Part shown: positions 24,898 through 34,225 of the stretch, piece after piece
How the letters are laid out: the number at the start of each line of letters is the position of its first letter
Numbering within the stretch: the stretch's first letter is position 1
NCBI GenBank assembly: GCA_964490075.1
Contig: CAZBBK010000060.1
Span: forward strand, 1 to 38,414
Direction: 5' to 3'
Source: an uncultured Gemmatimonadota bacterium
GTDB lineage: Bacteria; GCA-2686955
Length of the DNA: 38,414 bases
Made by a program: the position numbers and the translations under genes
Notes under the pieces: generated by a model
Database searches by the model: none
Told to the model about the DNA's origin: nothing
What the model saw: the letters and a program-made list of their open reading frames with translations, nothing else

Positions 24898-25783
24898 GAT
24901 GCGCGCAAGTCTACCGAGAGCGGTCTTTTCGTCCAACGTCGCGGTGGCGGTGGGGGCACTGGGGGCGGCGGCGCTGCTGCCGGCCGGCTGCGAGGTGGCG
25001 ACCGAGCTCGGCGCTGAGCCGATCCCGCTGCCGGAGATGGTGGCGATCGCGGCGGGCGCCTTCGACGCCGGAAGCCCGCTCGGCGCATCGATCCGCGACG
25101 CCGACGAGACTCCGCACCGGGTCACCCTGACCCGTCCCTTCCTGATCGCCACCACCGAGGTCAGCCAGGCGCTCTGGGAGCGGGTGATGGGCGCCAATCC
25201 CAGCCTGCGGTGGAGCTGCGGCGAGACCTGCCCGGTCGACGACCTGAGCTGGTTCCAGGCGGTGGATTTCTGCAACGAGCTTTCGCGGCTGACCGGCCTC
25301 GAGCCGGCCTACCAGGTCGAGGGCGACCAGGTCTCGTGGGACGAAACCAGCCCCGGCTACCGGCTGCCGACCGAGGCCGAGTGGGAGTACGCCTGCCGGG
25401 GAGGCAGCGGCGACGACTTCTTCAACGGCGCGATCACCGAGCCCCACGGCTGCACCACCCTCGACCCCCTGCTCGACCAGATCGCCTGGTACTGCCCCAA
25501 CGGCGGCTCCACCACCCACCCCGCGGCGCGCAAGGCGCCCAACGCCTGGGGACTCTACGACACCGCCGGCAACGTCTCGGAATGGTGCTGGGACCGCTAC
25601 GGCGACTACCCCGCCGGCCCCGTGATCGATCCCACCGGCCCCCCGACCGGCGCCCAGCGGGTGCGCCGCGGCGGCTCCTGGTCGGAGGCGGCGCGCGACT
25701 GCCGCAGCGCCGACCGCGCCATGGTCGACCCGACGACCCGCAGCTACAACCTGGGGCTACGGCTGGCTCGATTCGGCTCCTGA
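24896..25783 (+). CDS. formylglycine-generating-enzyme (SUMF1/FGE-sulfatase) family lipoprotein
   Basis: RLPTEAEWEYACRGG, NAWGLYDTAGNVSEWCWD, RVRRGGSW. Signal/lipobox MMRASLP...AALLPAGC. In-frame ATGs at 24887, 24896 and 24899. Confidence 0.75.
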   Translation: MMRASLPRAVFSSNVAVAVGALGAAALLPAGCEVATELGAEPIPLPEMVAIAAGAFDAGSPLGASIRDADETPHRVTLTRPFLIATTEVSQALWERVMGANPSLRWSCGETCPVDDLSWFQAVDFCNELSRLTGLEPAYQVEGDQVSWDETSPGYRLPTEAEWEYACRGGSGDDFFNGAITEPHGCTTLDPLLDQIAWYCPNGGSTTHPAARKAPNAWGLYDTAGNVSEWCWDRYGDYPAGPVIDPTGPPTGAQRVRRGGSWSEAARDCRSADRAMVDPTTRSYNLGLRLARFGS

Positions 25784-26913
25784 TCGGTCGCCGTCCCCCC
25801 CTCCCCCTCCTCACCGGCCGCACCGGCCGCACCGGCCGAGGCCGCCTGCCCGAAGGCGGTGAGCCCACCCAGCGCCCCCAGTCCCATGGTCTCCACCGCC
25901 GACGAAGGAACGATGATCATCGACCCCTTCTGGCGCAGCCCCTCGTAGACCATGTTCATGGCGCGCAGGTGCAGCGCCACCGGATTGTCGCGGTACTGCT
26001 CCGACGCGGCGGCGAACTTCTCGGCGATCTCGGTCTCGGCGGTGCCGAGGATGATCCGGCTCTGGCGCTCGCGCTCCGCCTGGGCCTGGCGCGACATCGC
26101 GTCCTCGAGTCCCTTGGGGATGATGATGTCGCGGATCTCGACCGCCTGGGTGGTGATGCCCCAGGCCGCGGTCTTCTCGTCGAGCAGGCGCTGGATCTCC
26201 TCGCCCAGCCGGTCGCGCTCCGAGAGCAGCACCGCCAGGTCGTTCTTGCCGATGGCGTTGCGCAGCGCGGTCTGGGCCGAGAGGATCACCGCGTTGGCGA
26301 AACGTTCCACCTCCAGCACCGCCTTCTCGGCGTCCCAGACCATCCAGAAGGCGATCGCGTCGACGTTGACCGGCACGGTGTCGGCGGTCAGCGTGGTCTC
26401 GGCGCTGAAGTCGCTGACCCGGATCCGCTGGTCGACGAACTGCGCCACCTTGTCGACCACCGGCAGCAGCAGAAAGAGCCCCGGCTTGCGCAGCCCGCGG
26501 AAGGTGCCGAAGCGCAGCACCACGGCGCGCTCCCACTGGTAGGCGATCTGGATCGCGGGGGCGACCAGCATTGCGAGGGCGATGGTCACCAGCAGGATCT
26601 CACTGTCGGGACGCAGCTCGAGATAGGTGACCAGCCCGTCGGCGGCGCCCAGAATCACCACCGACTCCCAGACCTGGGAGAGGCGCAGCAGCAGCGCCAG
26701 ACAGACCGCCGACCCGAGGGCCAGCGTCACCGCCTCGACCGTGAAGGGGTGCACCGCCAGGTGCACCATCAACCCGATCACGAAGATCGCCACCATCAGG
26801 AGGGCGTTGAGCGGCGCGAAGCGGAAGTCGGCGCGCAGACTGGTGGCGAACTTCTCGAGGGAGAGCGCGGCGAGCGCCTTGCCGAACGAAGTTGACTTCT
26901 CCGAGGAGCTCAT
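25744..26913 (-). CDS. SPFH/band-7 (stomatin-prohibitin-like) protein with an extra N-terminal multi-TM region
   Basis: Band-7 core (AVVLRFGTF...LLLPVVDKV...IAFWMVWDAEKAVLEVERF...), Gly/Ala-rich tail. SD AAGGAGGA. ATGA overlap with the GntR stop. Confidence 0.8.
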   Translation of the reverse strand: MSSSEKSTSFGKALAALSLEKFATSLRADFRFAPLNALLMVAIFVIGLMVHLAVHPFTVEAVTLALGSAVCLALLLRLSQVWESVVILGAADGLVTYLELRPDSEILLVTIALAMLVAPAIQIAYQWERAVVLRFGTFRGLRKPGLFLLLPVVDKVAQFVDQRIRVSDFSAETTLTADTVPVNVDAIAFWMVWDAEKAVLEVERFANAVILSAQTALRNAIGKNDLAVLLSERDRLGEEIQRLLDEKTAAWGITTQAVEIRDIIIPKGLEDAMSRQAQAERERQSRIILGTAETEIAEKFAAASEQYRDNPVALHLRAMNMVYEGLRQKGSMIIVPSSAVETMGLGALGGLTAFGQAASAGAAGAAGEEGEGGTATDQEPNRASRSPRL

Positions 26914-27287
26914 CGGGAATCCTCCTTGCGATCCTCGAGCCCTTGCAGCACATCGTCGAGCGAAAACCCGTACGAGGCCGCGCGGGCCAGGAGATCGGTG
27001 GTGATCTGGTCGAGCATGCGGGCCCTCTCTAGCTGGTCGACGGCGGGGCGCTGCCGCCCCACGAAAGTGCCCGAGCCCTGCTGGGTCTCGAGCACGCCGC
27101 CGATCTCGAGCTCCCGGTAGGCCCGCACCACGGTGTTCGGGTTGATCGAGAGATCGACCGCCAGCCGGCGCACGGTCGGAAGCTGCCGCCCCGGCTCCAG
27201 ATCACCGCGAGCGATGGCGAACTTCACCTGCTCGATGATCTGGCGGTAGAGCGGCACACCGCTCTTGGAGTCGATGTGGAAGGTCAT
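26910..27287 (-). CDS. short GntR-family (YtrA-like) transcriptional regulator
   Basis: 125 aa. PLYRQIIEQVKFAIARGDLEPGRQLPTVRRLAVDLSINPNTVVRAYRELE is a GntR winged-HTH. Palindromic operator immediately upstream. Confidence 0.8.
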   Translation of the reverse strand: MTFHIDSKSGVPLYRQIIEQVKFAIARGDLEPGRQLPTVRRLAVDLSINPNTVVRAYRELEIGGVLETQQGSGTFVGRQRPAVDQLERARMLDQITTDLLARAASYGFSLDDVLQGLEDRKEDSR

Positions 27288-27313
27288 CGGTGGGGGCCGG
27301 GGATGGGTTGTTG

Positions 27314-27329
27314 AGTGTTATATAACACT
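27314..27329. promoter_or_regulatory. perfect 16-bp palindrome AGTGTTATATAACACT; candidate GntR operator
   Basis: Self-complementary as read. AT-rich island in GC-rich DNA. Followed by two more ACACT half-sites (27334, 27342). Lies 27-42 bp upstream of the GntR ATG. Confidence 0.5.
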
Positions 27330-27356
27330 AGTACACTCGAACACTGGAAAGGTCAA
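27328..27356 (-). promoter_or_regulatory. sigma70-like promoter for GntR-SPFH: -35 TTGACC, 17-bp spacer, -10 TACTAG
   Basis: Minus-strand reading ...TTGACCtttccagtgttcgagtgTACTAG.... The operator palindrome overlaps the -10 and the predicted transcription start. Confidence 0.35.
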
Positions 27357-27610
27357 TAGGGAAAACAGACCTTGGCCGGTTCCCGTTGAAAAGCGCGGCA
27401 TCGCCCCCGGCCTCGGGGAAGATCGCGCGGCAGGGCGCTCGGGCCGCCGCCGGTCCCTCCGCCTCTTGGATGCGCGCCCGGTGCCGGTCACCGGCCGCGA
27501 CCGGATCACCAGGCCCGGGCGTCCGTCGATCTCGCCGGCGCGCGGCGTTGCGGCGCTTGCGCGGTCAGCACCGGAAGAGCCTCGCGCGAGGGAGCCACGA
27601 CCGCGCAAGT

Positions 27611-27830
27611 GTCACAACTCGGCACTCTCGGGGAAGAACGCCGAGCTACGACCGTATTTCCGTCATGACTCGCCACTCTCGATCGAGAATCGCTGGTTAC
27701 GACGCGAATACGGTCGTGGCTCCGGTTTCATCGCGATGAGTAGCGAGTTGTGACGGATATACGGTCGTAGATCCGCACTCTCGATCGAGAGTGGCGAGTT
27801 GTGTCGCGAAAAGGCGTCATGACTCGCGGT
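27611..27830. repeat. mosaic of nested inverted and direct repeats: a ~145-bp imperfect palindrome centred on TCGATCGA at 27680-27687, plus a second partial unit centred on CACTCTCGATCGAGAGTG (27776-27793)
   Basis: GTCACAACTCG (27611) pairs with CGAGTTGTGAC (27745), with a third copy CGAGTTGTGtC (27795). TACGACCGTAT (27648) pairs with ATACGGTCGTg (27708) and ATACGGTCGTA (27759). GTCATGACTCGC occurs at 27662 and 27817. Central 18-bp palindromes lie at 27674-27691 (16/18) and 27776-27793 (perfect). Confidence 0.55.
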
Positions 27831-27999
27831 TCCGGGCGCGGAGCTGGGCTTTGTGTCGGGGCAGCGCGCGGGGATCGTGGAGCCTCGCGTGGGCTGGGCA
27901 GAGGGCCGCGAGCAATGCGGGCGGTCGATGCATGGTCATCGTGGTCTCCCGGTCTTTCGGTCCCGAGTCGATGGGCGCGAGATCCGGCGCGAGCAAACC

Positions 28000-28776
28000 T
28001 CAGCGCCGCCGCATGCAGGTCAACTGGCCGTCGCAGTAGAAGGTCTCGAAGCGCTCGGAGAGAAAGGGGCGCAGGCAGTCGGCGATGCTGAACACCACCG
28101 GCGCGCGCGCGCGCTGCTCCAGGTGGCGGGCCAGGCGCCGGTAGAAGGGGCGGCCGGGCCCGGCGGGGCGGACCGGGCGGTAGAGGTAGACCAAGTCGGC
28201 CACGGCGGGCAGCTCGGCGTCGAGCAGATCGGCGTGCACCCAGTCGACCCGCTCGGAGGCGATGCCGAGCCAGCGCTGCAGGGCGCGGCCCGACTCGATC
28301 ATGCGGGCCGAGATCTCGATCTGGATGGTCTTGGCATGGGGGCGAAGGTGCTGCATCAACAGCCCCTGCAGACCGTTGCCGGCGCCGAGATCGACCACGA
28401 TCGAGTCGGGTCCGAGATGGGCGGGCGCTTTGAGAATCGGCGACAGGCCGCCGGCGTGGCACCAGTAGCCGCCGCTCTCGTCGACGCGCGCGCGCTCGGC
28501 GCCGGTGTAGGGAGCTTCATGGCCGTGCAGGTGCGCGTAGAAGAAGAGAAAGGCCTCTTCGAGCGCCTCGCCGTCGGTGCCGGAAAGGGTGTCTCGAAGG
28601 GCGTCGCGCAGACGCGCGATCTCGGGGTAGAGGCCGATCGGATCGGGGGGGAGGGGAAGCGCCAGGAAGAGCTCGATCAAGCGCACCAGGCGCGCGGTCT
28701 CGGCACGATCACGCTCCGGATCGGCCAGCAGCTCTTCGAACCTGGCGCGCTCGCTGGCGTCGAAATATGTCAGCAT
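28000..28776 (-). CDS. putative class I SAM-dependent methyltransferase
   Basis: Gly-rich motif I IVVDLGAGNGLQG preceded by an ~110-aa helical N-terminal region. Lies 17 bp downstream of the topoisomerase B-subunit stop. Function unknown. Confidence 0.6.
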   Translation of the reverse strand: MLTYFDASERARFEELLADPERDRAETARLVRLIELFLALPLPPDPIGLYPEIARLRDALRDTLSGTDGEALEEAFLFFYAHLHGHEAPYTGAERARVDESGGYWCHAGGLSPILKAPAHLGPDSIVVDLGAGNGLQGLLMQHLRPHAKTIQIEISARMIESGRALQRWLGIASERVDWVHADLLDAELPAVADLVYLYRPVRPAGPGRPFYRRLARHLEQRARAPVVFSIADCLRPFLSERFETFYCDGQLTCMRRR

Positions 28777-28793
28777 CGATCGGGGTCGCCGCC

Positions 28794-30719
28794 CTAGAGA
28801 TCGAGCTCGCCGGCGGCAGCGGCGTTGGCCATGATCAGATCGAAGCGGATCCGCGCGTCGCGCCCCATCAGCCCCGACATGGTCGACTCGGTGACCAGGC
28901 GATCGTCGCCGTCGATGCCGACCCGTAGCAAGCGCCGCCGCTCGGGATCGAGCGTGGTCTGGAAGAGAACGTCCGGATCCATCTCACCCAGGCCCTTGAA
29001 GCGGCTGATCTGCGGCTTCACGTTGGCCGGGGCGGCCTCCAGGACGGCGTCGAGCTCGGCGTCGGTGAGCGCCCACTCGGTCTCCTTGGCGAGCTTGACA
29101 CGATAGAGCGGCGGCTGGGCCAGACACACATGACCGCGGTCGATCAAGGGCCGCAGGTAACGATAGAAGAATACCAGCAGCAAGGTCGAGATGTGGTGGC
29201 CGTCGGAATCGGCGTCCATCAAGAGGATGATGCGATGATAACGCAGCCGCGAAACGTCGCAGTGCTCGCCCAGACCGCAGCCCAGAGCCAGCAACACATC
29301 ACCCAGCTCCTTGTTGGCCATCACCTTGGCGCGGGTGGCTTGCTCGGTGTTGAGGACTTTGCCGCGCAGCGGCAGGATCGCCTGGGTGCGGCGGTCTCGG
29401 CCCTGCTTGGCGCTGCCGCCGGCCGAGTCGCCCTCGACGATGAAGAGCTCGCATTCGGTGGGATCGGTGGAGGAGCAGTCGGCCAGCTTGCCGGGCAGGT
29501 TGAGGCGGTGGCTGACGGTCGGCTTTTTGCGCGCGCTCTGCGCCGCGGCACGGCTGGCGACCCGCGCCCGGGCGGCATAGATGGCGCGTGTGGCCAACGC
29601 CTCGCCCATCGAGGGGTGATGGTGCAAGTGCTGCTCGAGCTGGCGCGCCAGGGCGCCGGAGAGCAGCCCGCGCAGCTCGGGGTTGTTCAGCTTCTCCTTG
29701 GTCTGGCCCTGGAACTGCGGCTCCAGGAGGAACACACTCACCACGCCGACCAGCCCCTCGCGGAAATCGTCGGCCACCAGGCTCAGGCCGCGCGGAATCA
29801 GCTCGTGGGTCTCCATGTAGGTGCGCGAGGCGCGCGCCACCCCCTCCAACAGACCGCGCTCGTGGGTACCGCCGTCGACCGTCGGGATGCCGTTGACATA
29901 GCTGCGCACGTCGGGGCGCACCTCCTCGGTCCAGGAGAGCGCGACCTCGATCCGGCTGACGCCCTGGTCACCGTTGCCGAGGCCCGCGCTTTCCCAGACG
30001 AAGGGCTCGGGATGAACCGGCCGGGCGCCGCCGTTGCCCACCAGGGTGCCGACCAGCTCGGCGACGCCCTCGTCGTGGCGGTACTCGTGGGTGAGGCCAC
30101 TGCAACAGTCCTTGAAGACGATTCTGAGTCCCTTGTTGAGGTAGGTCTTGATCTCCAGGTGGTCGGCGATCAGCTCGGCGTCGAAGGCGCAGCTCGGAAA
30201 GATCTCGGAGTCGGGACGGAAAAAGAAAAGGGTGCCGCTGCCGCGCACCGCACCGGCCGGTTTGACCGGTCCGCGCGGTTCGCCGCGACGATATTCCTGG
30301 CGGAAGCGCCGCCCCTCGCGCCGCACCTCGACCCGGAGCTCGACGCTGAGCGCGTTCACCACCGACGCACCGACGCCGTGCAGGCCGCCCGATGTGAGGT
30401 AGTTGCTGCGATCGAACTTGCCGCCCGCGTGCAGAGTGGTGAGGATCACTTCGAGCGCGCTCTTGCCCTCCTTCTTGTGGCGGTCGACCGGGATGCCGCG
30501 GCCGTTGTCCTCGACAGAGCAACTCTGACCGTCCTCGTGCAGGGTGACGACGATCGACGACGCGAAACCGTTCATCGCCTCGTCGACGGCGTTGTCGACC
30601 ACTTCCCAGAGCAGGTGGTGCAGACCGCCCGCGCCGGTGCCTCCGATGTACATGCCGGGCCGGCGGCGCACCGGATCGAGGCCTTCGAGAACGGTGATGT
30701 CCTTGGCGCTGTAGGCCAT
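28794..30719 (-). CDS. type IIA topoisomerase ATPase subunit (GyrB/ParE family, 641 aa, no GyrB insertion; ParE-like)
   Basis: GHKL ATPase motifs (LHHLLWEVVDNAVDEAMNG, DNGRGIP, GLHGVGASVVNALS), Toprim EGDSAGGSAK, LMDADSDGHHI, PLYR. SD AGGAG. Follows the A subunit after a 22-bp gap. Confidence 0.85.
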   Translation of the reverse strand: MAYSAKDITVLEGLDPVRRRPGMYIGGTGAGGLHHLLWEVVDNAVDEAMNGFASSIVVTLHEDGQSCSVEDNGRGIPVDRHKKEGKSALEVILTTLHAGGKFDRSNYLTSGGLHGVGASVVNALSVELRVEVRREGRRFRQEYRRGEPRGPVKPAGAVRGSGTLFFFRPDSEIFPSCAFDAELIADHLEIKTYLNKGLRIVFKDCCSGLTHEYRHDEGVAELVGTLVGNGGARPVHPEPFVWESAGLGNGDQGVSRIEVALSWTEEVRPDVRSYVNGIPTVDGGTHERGLLEGVARASRTYMETHELIPRGLSLVADDFREGLVGVVSVFLLEPQFQGQTKEKLNNPELRGLLSGALARQLEQHLHHHPSMGEALATRAIYAARARVASRAAAQSARKKPTVSHRLNLPGKLADCSSTDPTECELFIVEGDSAGGSAKQGRDRRTQAILPLRGKVLNTEQATRAKVMANKELGDVLLALGCGLGEHCDVSRLRYHRIILLMDADSDGHHISTLLLVFFYRYLRPLIDRGHVCLAQPPLYRVKLAKETEWALTDAELDAVLEAAPANVKPQISRFKGLGEMDPDVLFQTTLDPERRRLLRVGIDGDDRLVTESTMSGLMGRDARIRFDLIMANAAAAGELDL

Positions 30720-30741
30720 CTTGGGCTCCTGTGCGGATCGG

Positions 30742-33168
30742 TCAGAATTCGAGCCTGGTCTGCTCCGCGTCGTCGAGCGGATCCGGCGGGGCCGGCGGCT
30801 CGGGCTCCGGCCGCGGCTCGTCCTCCGGCTCGGCGGCCGCCGGGTCGAGACGGATCTCCACGGCATCGAAGCGACACGATACCAGCTTGCCGCGTTTGAG
30901 GATCTCCCGCCCTTTGCCGCCGCGGCGGGTGGGACGGTACTTGGTGGTGCGTACGATCTCGGTGCGGCCGCGCGAGGTCTGCACCTCCAGTCCGTCGCGC
31001 GCCCGGGTCGAGAGGCTGAAGCCCAGCACCCGGTCGTAGTCGTCGAGCTTGACTGCACGCACGCCGCGCCCGGGCCCCTTCAGCACGTTGATCTCGTCGA
31101 CGTAGAACACCAGAGCGCGCCCCCAGACCGTCGCCAGCGAGATCGTCTCGTCGTCGCTCTCCTCGGAGACCATTGCTCGCACCACGCCGTCGTCCGGCAC
31201 CGCCGGATCGAGGCGCACGAAGACCCGCCCCTTGCGGGTCGAGGGCTCGACGAAAGCTCTCGGAGAGAAGCGCAGGCAGGAGCCGCCGCGGGTCACCGCC
31301 ACCAGGTAGGGCGGCGGCGGCAGCTCGGCCTCGCGCGCCTTGTCGATCTCCTCGGGAGTGATCTCCGGCCAGGCCCGCGCATCGCTCACCGCCACGCCGA
31401 CCACCCGCTCGCGATCGGCCAGATCGAATCGGCGATGCACCGGTTCGCCGTGTCCGGAGGTCTGCGACAGATCGGAGACTCGCGCGCTGTAGGCCTTGCC
31501 GCGATCGGTGAAGAGCACCACCGACTCCTTGGTGCGCGCCGGCAGCACCCACATCACCTCGTCGCCCTCGCGGACGCGGATCGCGCTCAGCTCGGTGTAG
31601 CTCTTCTGACGCTTGATCCAGCCGTCGCGGGTGACGATCACGCGAGCGTCCTCGTCGACCAGGTAGTCTTGCTCGGAGTAGCTGTCTTCAGGGGCTCCGG
31701 CGTCGGTGATCAGGCTGCGACGCTCATCGCGGTAAAGGCGATCGAGCTCGGCCAGCTCCATGCGGATCAGCTCCCAGCGCGGGCGTTTTCCCGTCAGCCG
31801 GCGGCGAATCCGCTCGGCACGGCGACGCTTGTCGTCGAGCTCTTCGCGGATCGCCTCGATCTCCAGCTTCGACAGTCGGTAGAGACGGATCTCCAGCACC
31901 GCCTCGGCCTGCGGGTCGGAGATGCCGAAGCGCTCCCGCAGCTTGGCGTGGGCGTCGCGACGGTCTTCAGCGGCGCGGATCAGCCGCACCGCCTCGTCGA
32001 GCGCATCGAAAACTGTCGCGAAGCCCTCCAGGATGTGGATCCGCTCCTCGAGCTTGCGCAGGTCGAACTCCAGGCGCCGGGTCACGACCTGGAAGCGGAA
32101 ATCCAGAAAGGCCCTGAGCGCCCCCTTCAGATCGACCTTGCGCGGCACCGGCTGGCCGCCCTCGCCTTCCGGCACCAGGCAGGTGAGGTTGACGTGGAAA
32201 CGCGAACGGAGCTGGGTGTGCTTGAAGAGATAGGCGGCCCCGGCCGCGGAATCGGTACCCCTCTTCAGCTCGCAGATGATGCGCACCTGGTCGGTCGACT
32301 CGTCGCGCACGTCGACCAGCTGCGGGACCTTCTCGTCGATGATGTGCTGGGCGATCCCCTCGACCAGCGACGATTTGTTGACGTTGTAGGGGATCGAGGT
32401 GATCACCAGGGCGCGCTTGCCTTCCACTCTCTCGACTTCGACGTGGCCGCGCATCTCGATCGTGCCCTCACCCTTCCGGTAGATCTCCGCCAGCTCGTCG
32501 GGGGAGGTGGTGATGCGTCCTCCGGTGGGGAAGTCGGGCCCGGGCACGTGCTGCATCAGCTCGGCGTTGCCGAGCTCGCCGTCCTCGATCAGTGCCACCA
32601 GCGCGTCGATCAGCTCGCCGAGGTTGTGCGGGGGGATGCTGGTCGCCATGCCGACCGCGATCCCCTGGGCGCCGTTGACCAGCAGGTGTGGGATCTGCGC
32701 CGGCAGCACCTCCGGCTCCCGGTAGGTCCCCTCGAAATTGTCGCGGTAGTCGACCGTCTCCTTCTTGAGCTCGTCGAGCAGCTCGGCCGAGAGCCGCTGG
32801 AGGCGCGCTTCGGTGTAACGCATGGCGGCGGCGTTGTCGCCGTCCAGGCTGCCGAAGTTGCCCTGGCCGGCCACCAGCGGGTAGCGCATCGCCCAGGGCT
32901 GCGCCAGGCGCACCATGGCGTCGTAGATCGCCTGATCGCCGTGCGGGTGGTACTTGCCCATCACCTCGCCGACCACCGCCGCGCATTTGCGAAAACGCGA
33001 CTCGGCCGACAGCTTCAGGTCGTTGAACATCGCGTAGAGGATGCGCCGCTGGACCGGCTTCAGGCCGTCGCGCACGTCGGGCAGAGCGCGGCTGGTGATG
33101 ACGCTCAGGGCGTAGTTGAGGTAGCGCTCGCGGGTGGTTTCGTGCAGCGCCACGGTCTGGATCGCCAT
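30742..33168 (-). CDS. type IIA topoisomerase subunit A (GyrA/ParC family; CTD looks ParC-like)
   Basis: [21 protein letters not shown], catalytic-Tyr region [11 protein letters not shown]. The first CTD blade lacks a GyrA box. RRGGKG appears only near the C-terminus. Acidic tail. A-then-B gene order. Confidence 0.85.
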   Translation of the reverse strand: MAIQTVALHETTRERYLNYALSVITSRALPDVRDGLKPVQRRILYAMFNDLKLSAESRFRKCAAVVGEVMGKYHPHGDQAIYDAMVRLAQPWAMRYPLVAGQGNFGSLDGDNAAAMRYTEARLQRLSAELLDELKKETVDYRDNFEGTYREPEVLPAQIPHLLVNGAQGIAVGMATSIPPHNLGELIDALVALIEDGELGNAELMQHVPGPDFPTGGRITTSPDELAEIYRKGEGTIEMRGHVEVERVEGKRALVITSIPYNVNKSSLVEGIAQHIIDEKVPQLVDVRDESTDQVRIICELKRGTDSAAGAAYLFKHTQLRSRFHVNLTCLVPEGEGGQPVPRKVDLKGALRAFLDFRFQVVTRRLEFDLRKLEERIHILEGFATVFDALDEAVRLIRAAEDRRDAHAKLRERFGISDPQAEAVLEIRLYRLSKLEIEAIREELDDKRRRAERIRRRLTGKRPRWELIRMELAELDRLYRDERRSLITDAGAPEDSYSEQDYLVDEDARVIVTRDGWIKRQKSYTELSAIRVREGDEVMWVLPARTKESVVLFTDRGKAYSARVSDLSQTSGHGEPVHRRFDLADRERVVGVAVSDARAWPEITPEEIDKAREAELPPPPYLVAVTRGGSCLRFSPRAFVEPSTRKGRVFVRLDPAVPDDGVVRAMVSEESDDETISLATVWGRALVFYVDEINVLKGPGRGVRAVKLDDYDRVLGFSLSTRARDGLEVQTSRGRTEIVRTTKYRPTRRGGKGREILKRGKLVSCRFDAVEIRLDPAAAEPEDEPRPEPEPPAPPDPLDDAEQTRLEF

Positions 33169-33203
33169 GGGGTCTCCGTCAGTGCAAGAAGGTCGCCGGC
33201 AGT

Positions 33204-33998
33204 CTAGCGCGGATCGCCCAGCTCCCGTACCAGCTCCTCGGCGATCTGCTCGGGGTCGCGCGCCGCGGTCTCGACCACCCGGCTGGCCTGGCGGTAGAGC
33301 GGCTCGCGCTCGGCCAGGAGCATCCGCAGGCGGGCCATGGCGTCGGGGTGGTCGGCCATCGGCCGGGTGTCGCCCTGGGCCAGGACGCGGCTCCAGAGCT
33401 CGGCCGCCGCGGCCCGCAGCCACAGGGTATGGGTGCGGGCGCGCAGCAGGTCGAAGGTGGTGGGATCGGTGACGATCGAGCCGCCGGTGGCGAGCACCAG
33501 GCGGCCCGGGCGCTCCAGAACCGCCTCCAGGCAGCGGCGCTCCAGAACCCGGTACTGGGCGCCCTCGGTCAGCTCGAAGAGCGCGCCGAGCGACATGCCG
33601 GCGGCCGCCTCGATCTCGCGATCCAGCTCGACCAGGGGTACGCCGAGGAGCTCCGCCAGACGGCCTCCGACCGCACTCTTGCCGGCGCCGCGCATGCCGA
33701 GCAAGGCGATCTTGCGCTCGGCCGGCACCGCAGGCGGCAGCGCGGCGGCGAATAGACGCGGCGGGGAAAGCTCCAGGGCCTGGCAGAGCTTGAGCAGCCG
33801 GGCCACCGAGATGTTGGCGCCGCCGCTCTCGACCTGCGCCAGGAAACGCACGCTGATCTCGGCGCGCTCCGCCAGCATCTTCTGGGTCAGGCCGCCCGCG
33901 CGGCGCGCCTTGCGCAGCTCGCGGCCGAGGCCGGCGAGGGCGTCGGCGAGCGGATCGGGGGGCGGGTCGGCGCCGCGCTGCTGGTTGCCGGGGGTCAA
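33204..33998 (-). CDS. aroK: XRE-family HTH domain fused to shikimate kinase
   Basis: N-terminal [39 protein letters not shown] (HTH_XRE), then [30 protein letters not shown] (shikimate kinase P-loop) and the LID region. TTG start with SD GGAGGA. First gene of the topoisomerase operon. Confidence 0.75.
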   Translation of the reverse strand: MTPGNQQRGADPPPDPLADALAGLGRELRKARRAGGLTQKMLAERAEISVRFLAQVESGGANISVARLLKLCQALELSPPRLFAAALPPAVPAERKIALLGMRGAGKSAVGGRLAELLGVPLVELDREIEAAAGMSLGALFELTEGAQYRVLERRCLEAVLERPGRLVLATGGSIVTDPTTFDLLRARTHTLWLRAAAAELWSRVLAQGDTRPMADHPDAMARLRMLLAEREPLYRQASRVVETAARDPEQIAEELVRELGDPR

Positions 33999-34225
33999 GG
34001 GGTGGTCCTCCGGGCGGAACTATATCGCATCATGGCGGAGGGGCCGGGCGGTGGCGAGGAGCTGGGCACCAATCGATCATCGTGCCTGCTTGGTGCCCGC
34101 GCCTGGAGCTTCGAGATGGGCACGAAACCGCGGGCGCCCACCAACTCGGCCGGCCAATCCCCCCGGCGCCGCGGCGTTAGACTCAGAGGGAAGCACCCCG
34201 ACTCCACCCGATCCCGAACACACCC

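Noticed and set aside
23560-25017. 485-aa plus-strand ORF, and the upstream extension 24898..25275 of the CoA-transferase ORF
   Set aside because: The plus-strand ORF is antisense to the CoA-transferase. Family alignment places the transferase start at MKIITDV (24897), and the upstream extension is low-complexity.
16437-25783. FGE-family lipoprotein plus sulfatase-domain lipoprotein as a maturation enzyme-substrate pair
   Set aside because: The sulfatase-domain protein lacks the C/S-x-P-x-R formylglycine motif (it has T-L-P-T-H), so it cannot be an FGE substrate. The genes are also 7 kb apart, on different strands and in different operons.
25210-26895. 561-aa plus-strand ORF and 241-aa minus-strand ORF over the SPFH gene
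   Set aside because: Antisense or alternative frames. Arg/Gly/Pro-rich.
28794-33168. Calling the two topoisomerase genes gyrB and gyrA
   Set aside because: A-before-B order, a B subunit without the proteobacterial GyrB insertion, and no GyrA box at the start of the CTD point to topo IV (ParC/ParE)-like enzymes. I left the symbols blank because the assignment needs phylogeny.
29130-33207. 589-aa and 828-aa plus-strand ORFs over the topoisomerase genes
   Set aside because: Antisense to genes with unmistakable GHKL, Toprim and DNA-breakage-reunion motifs.
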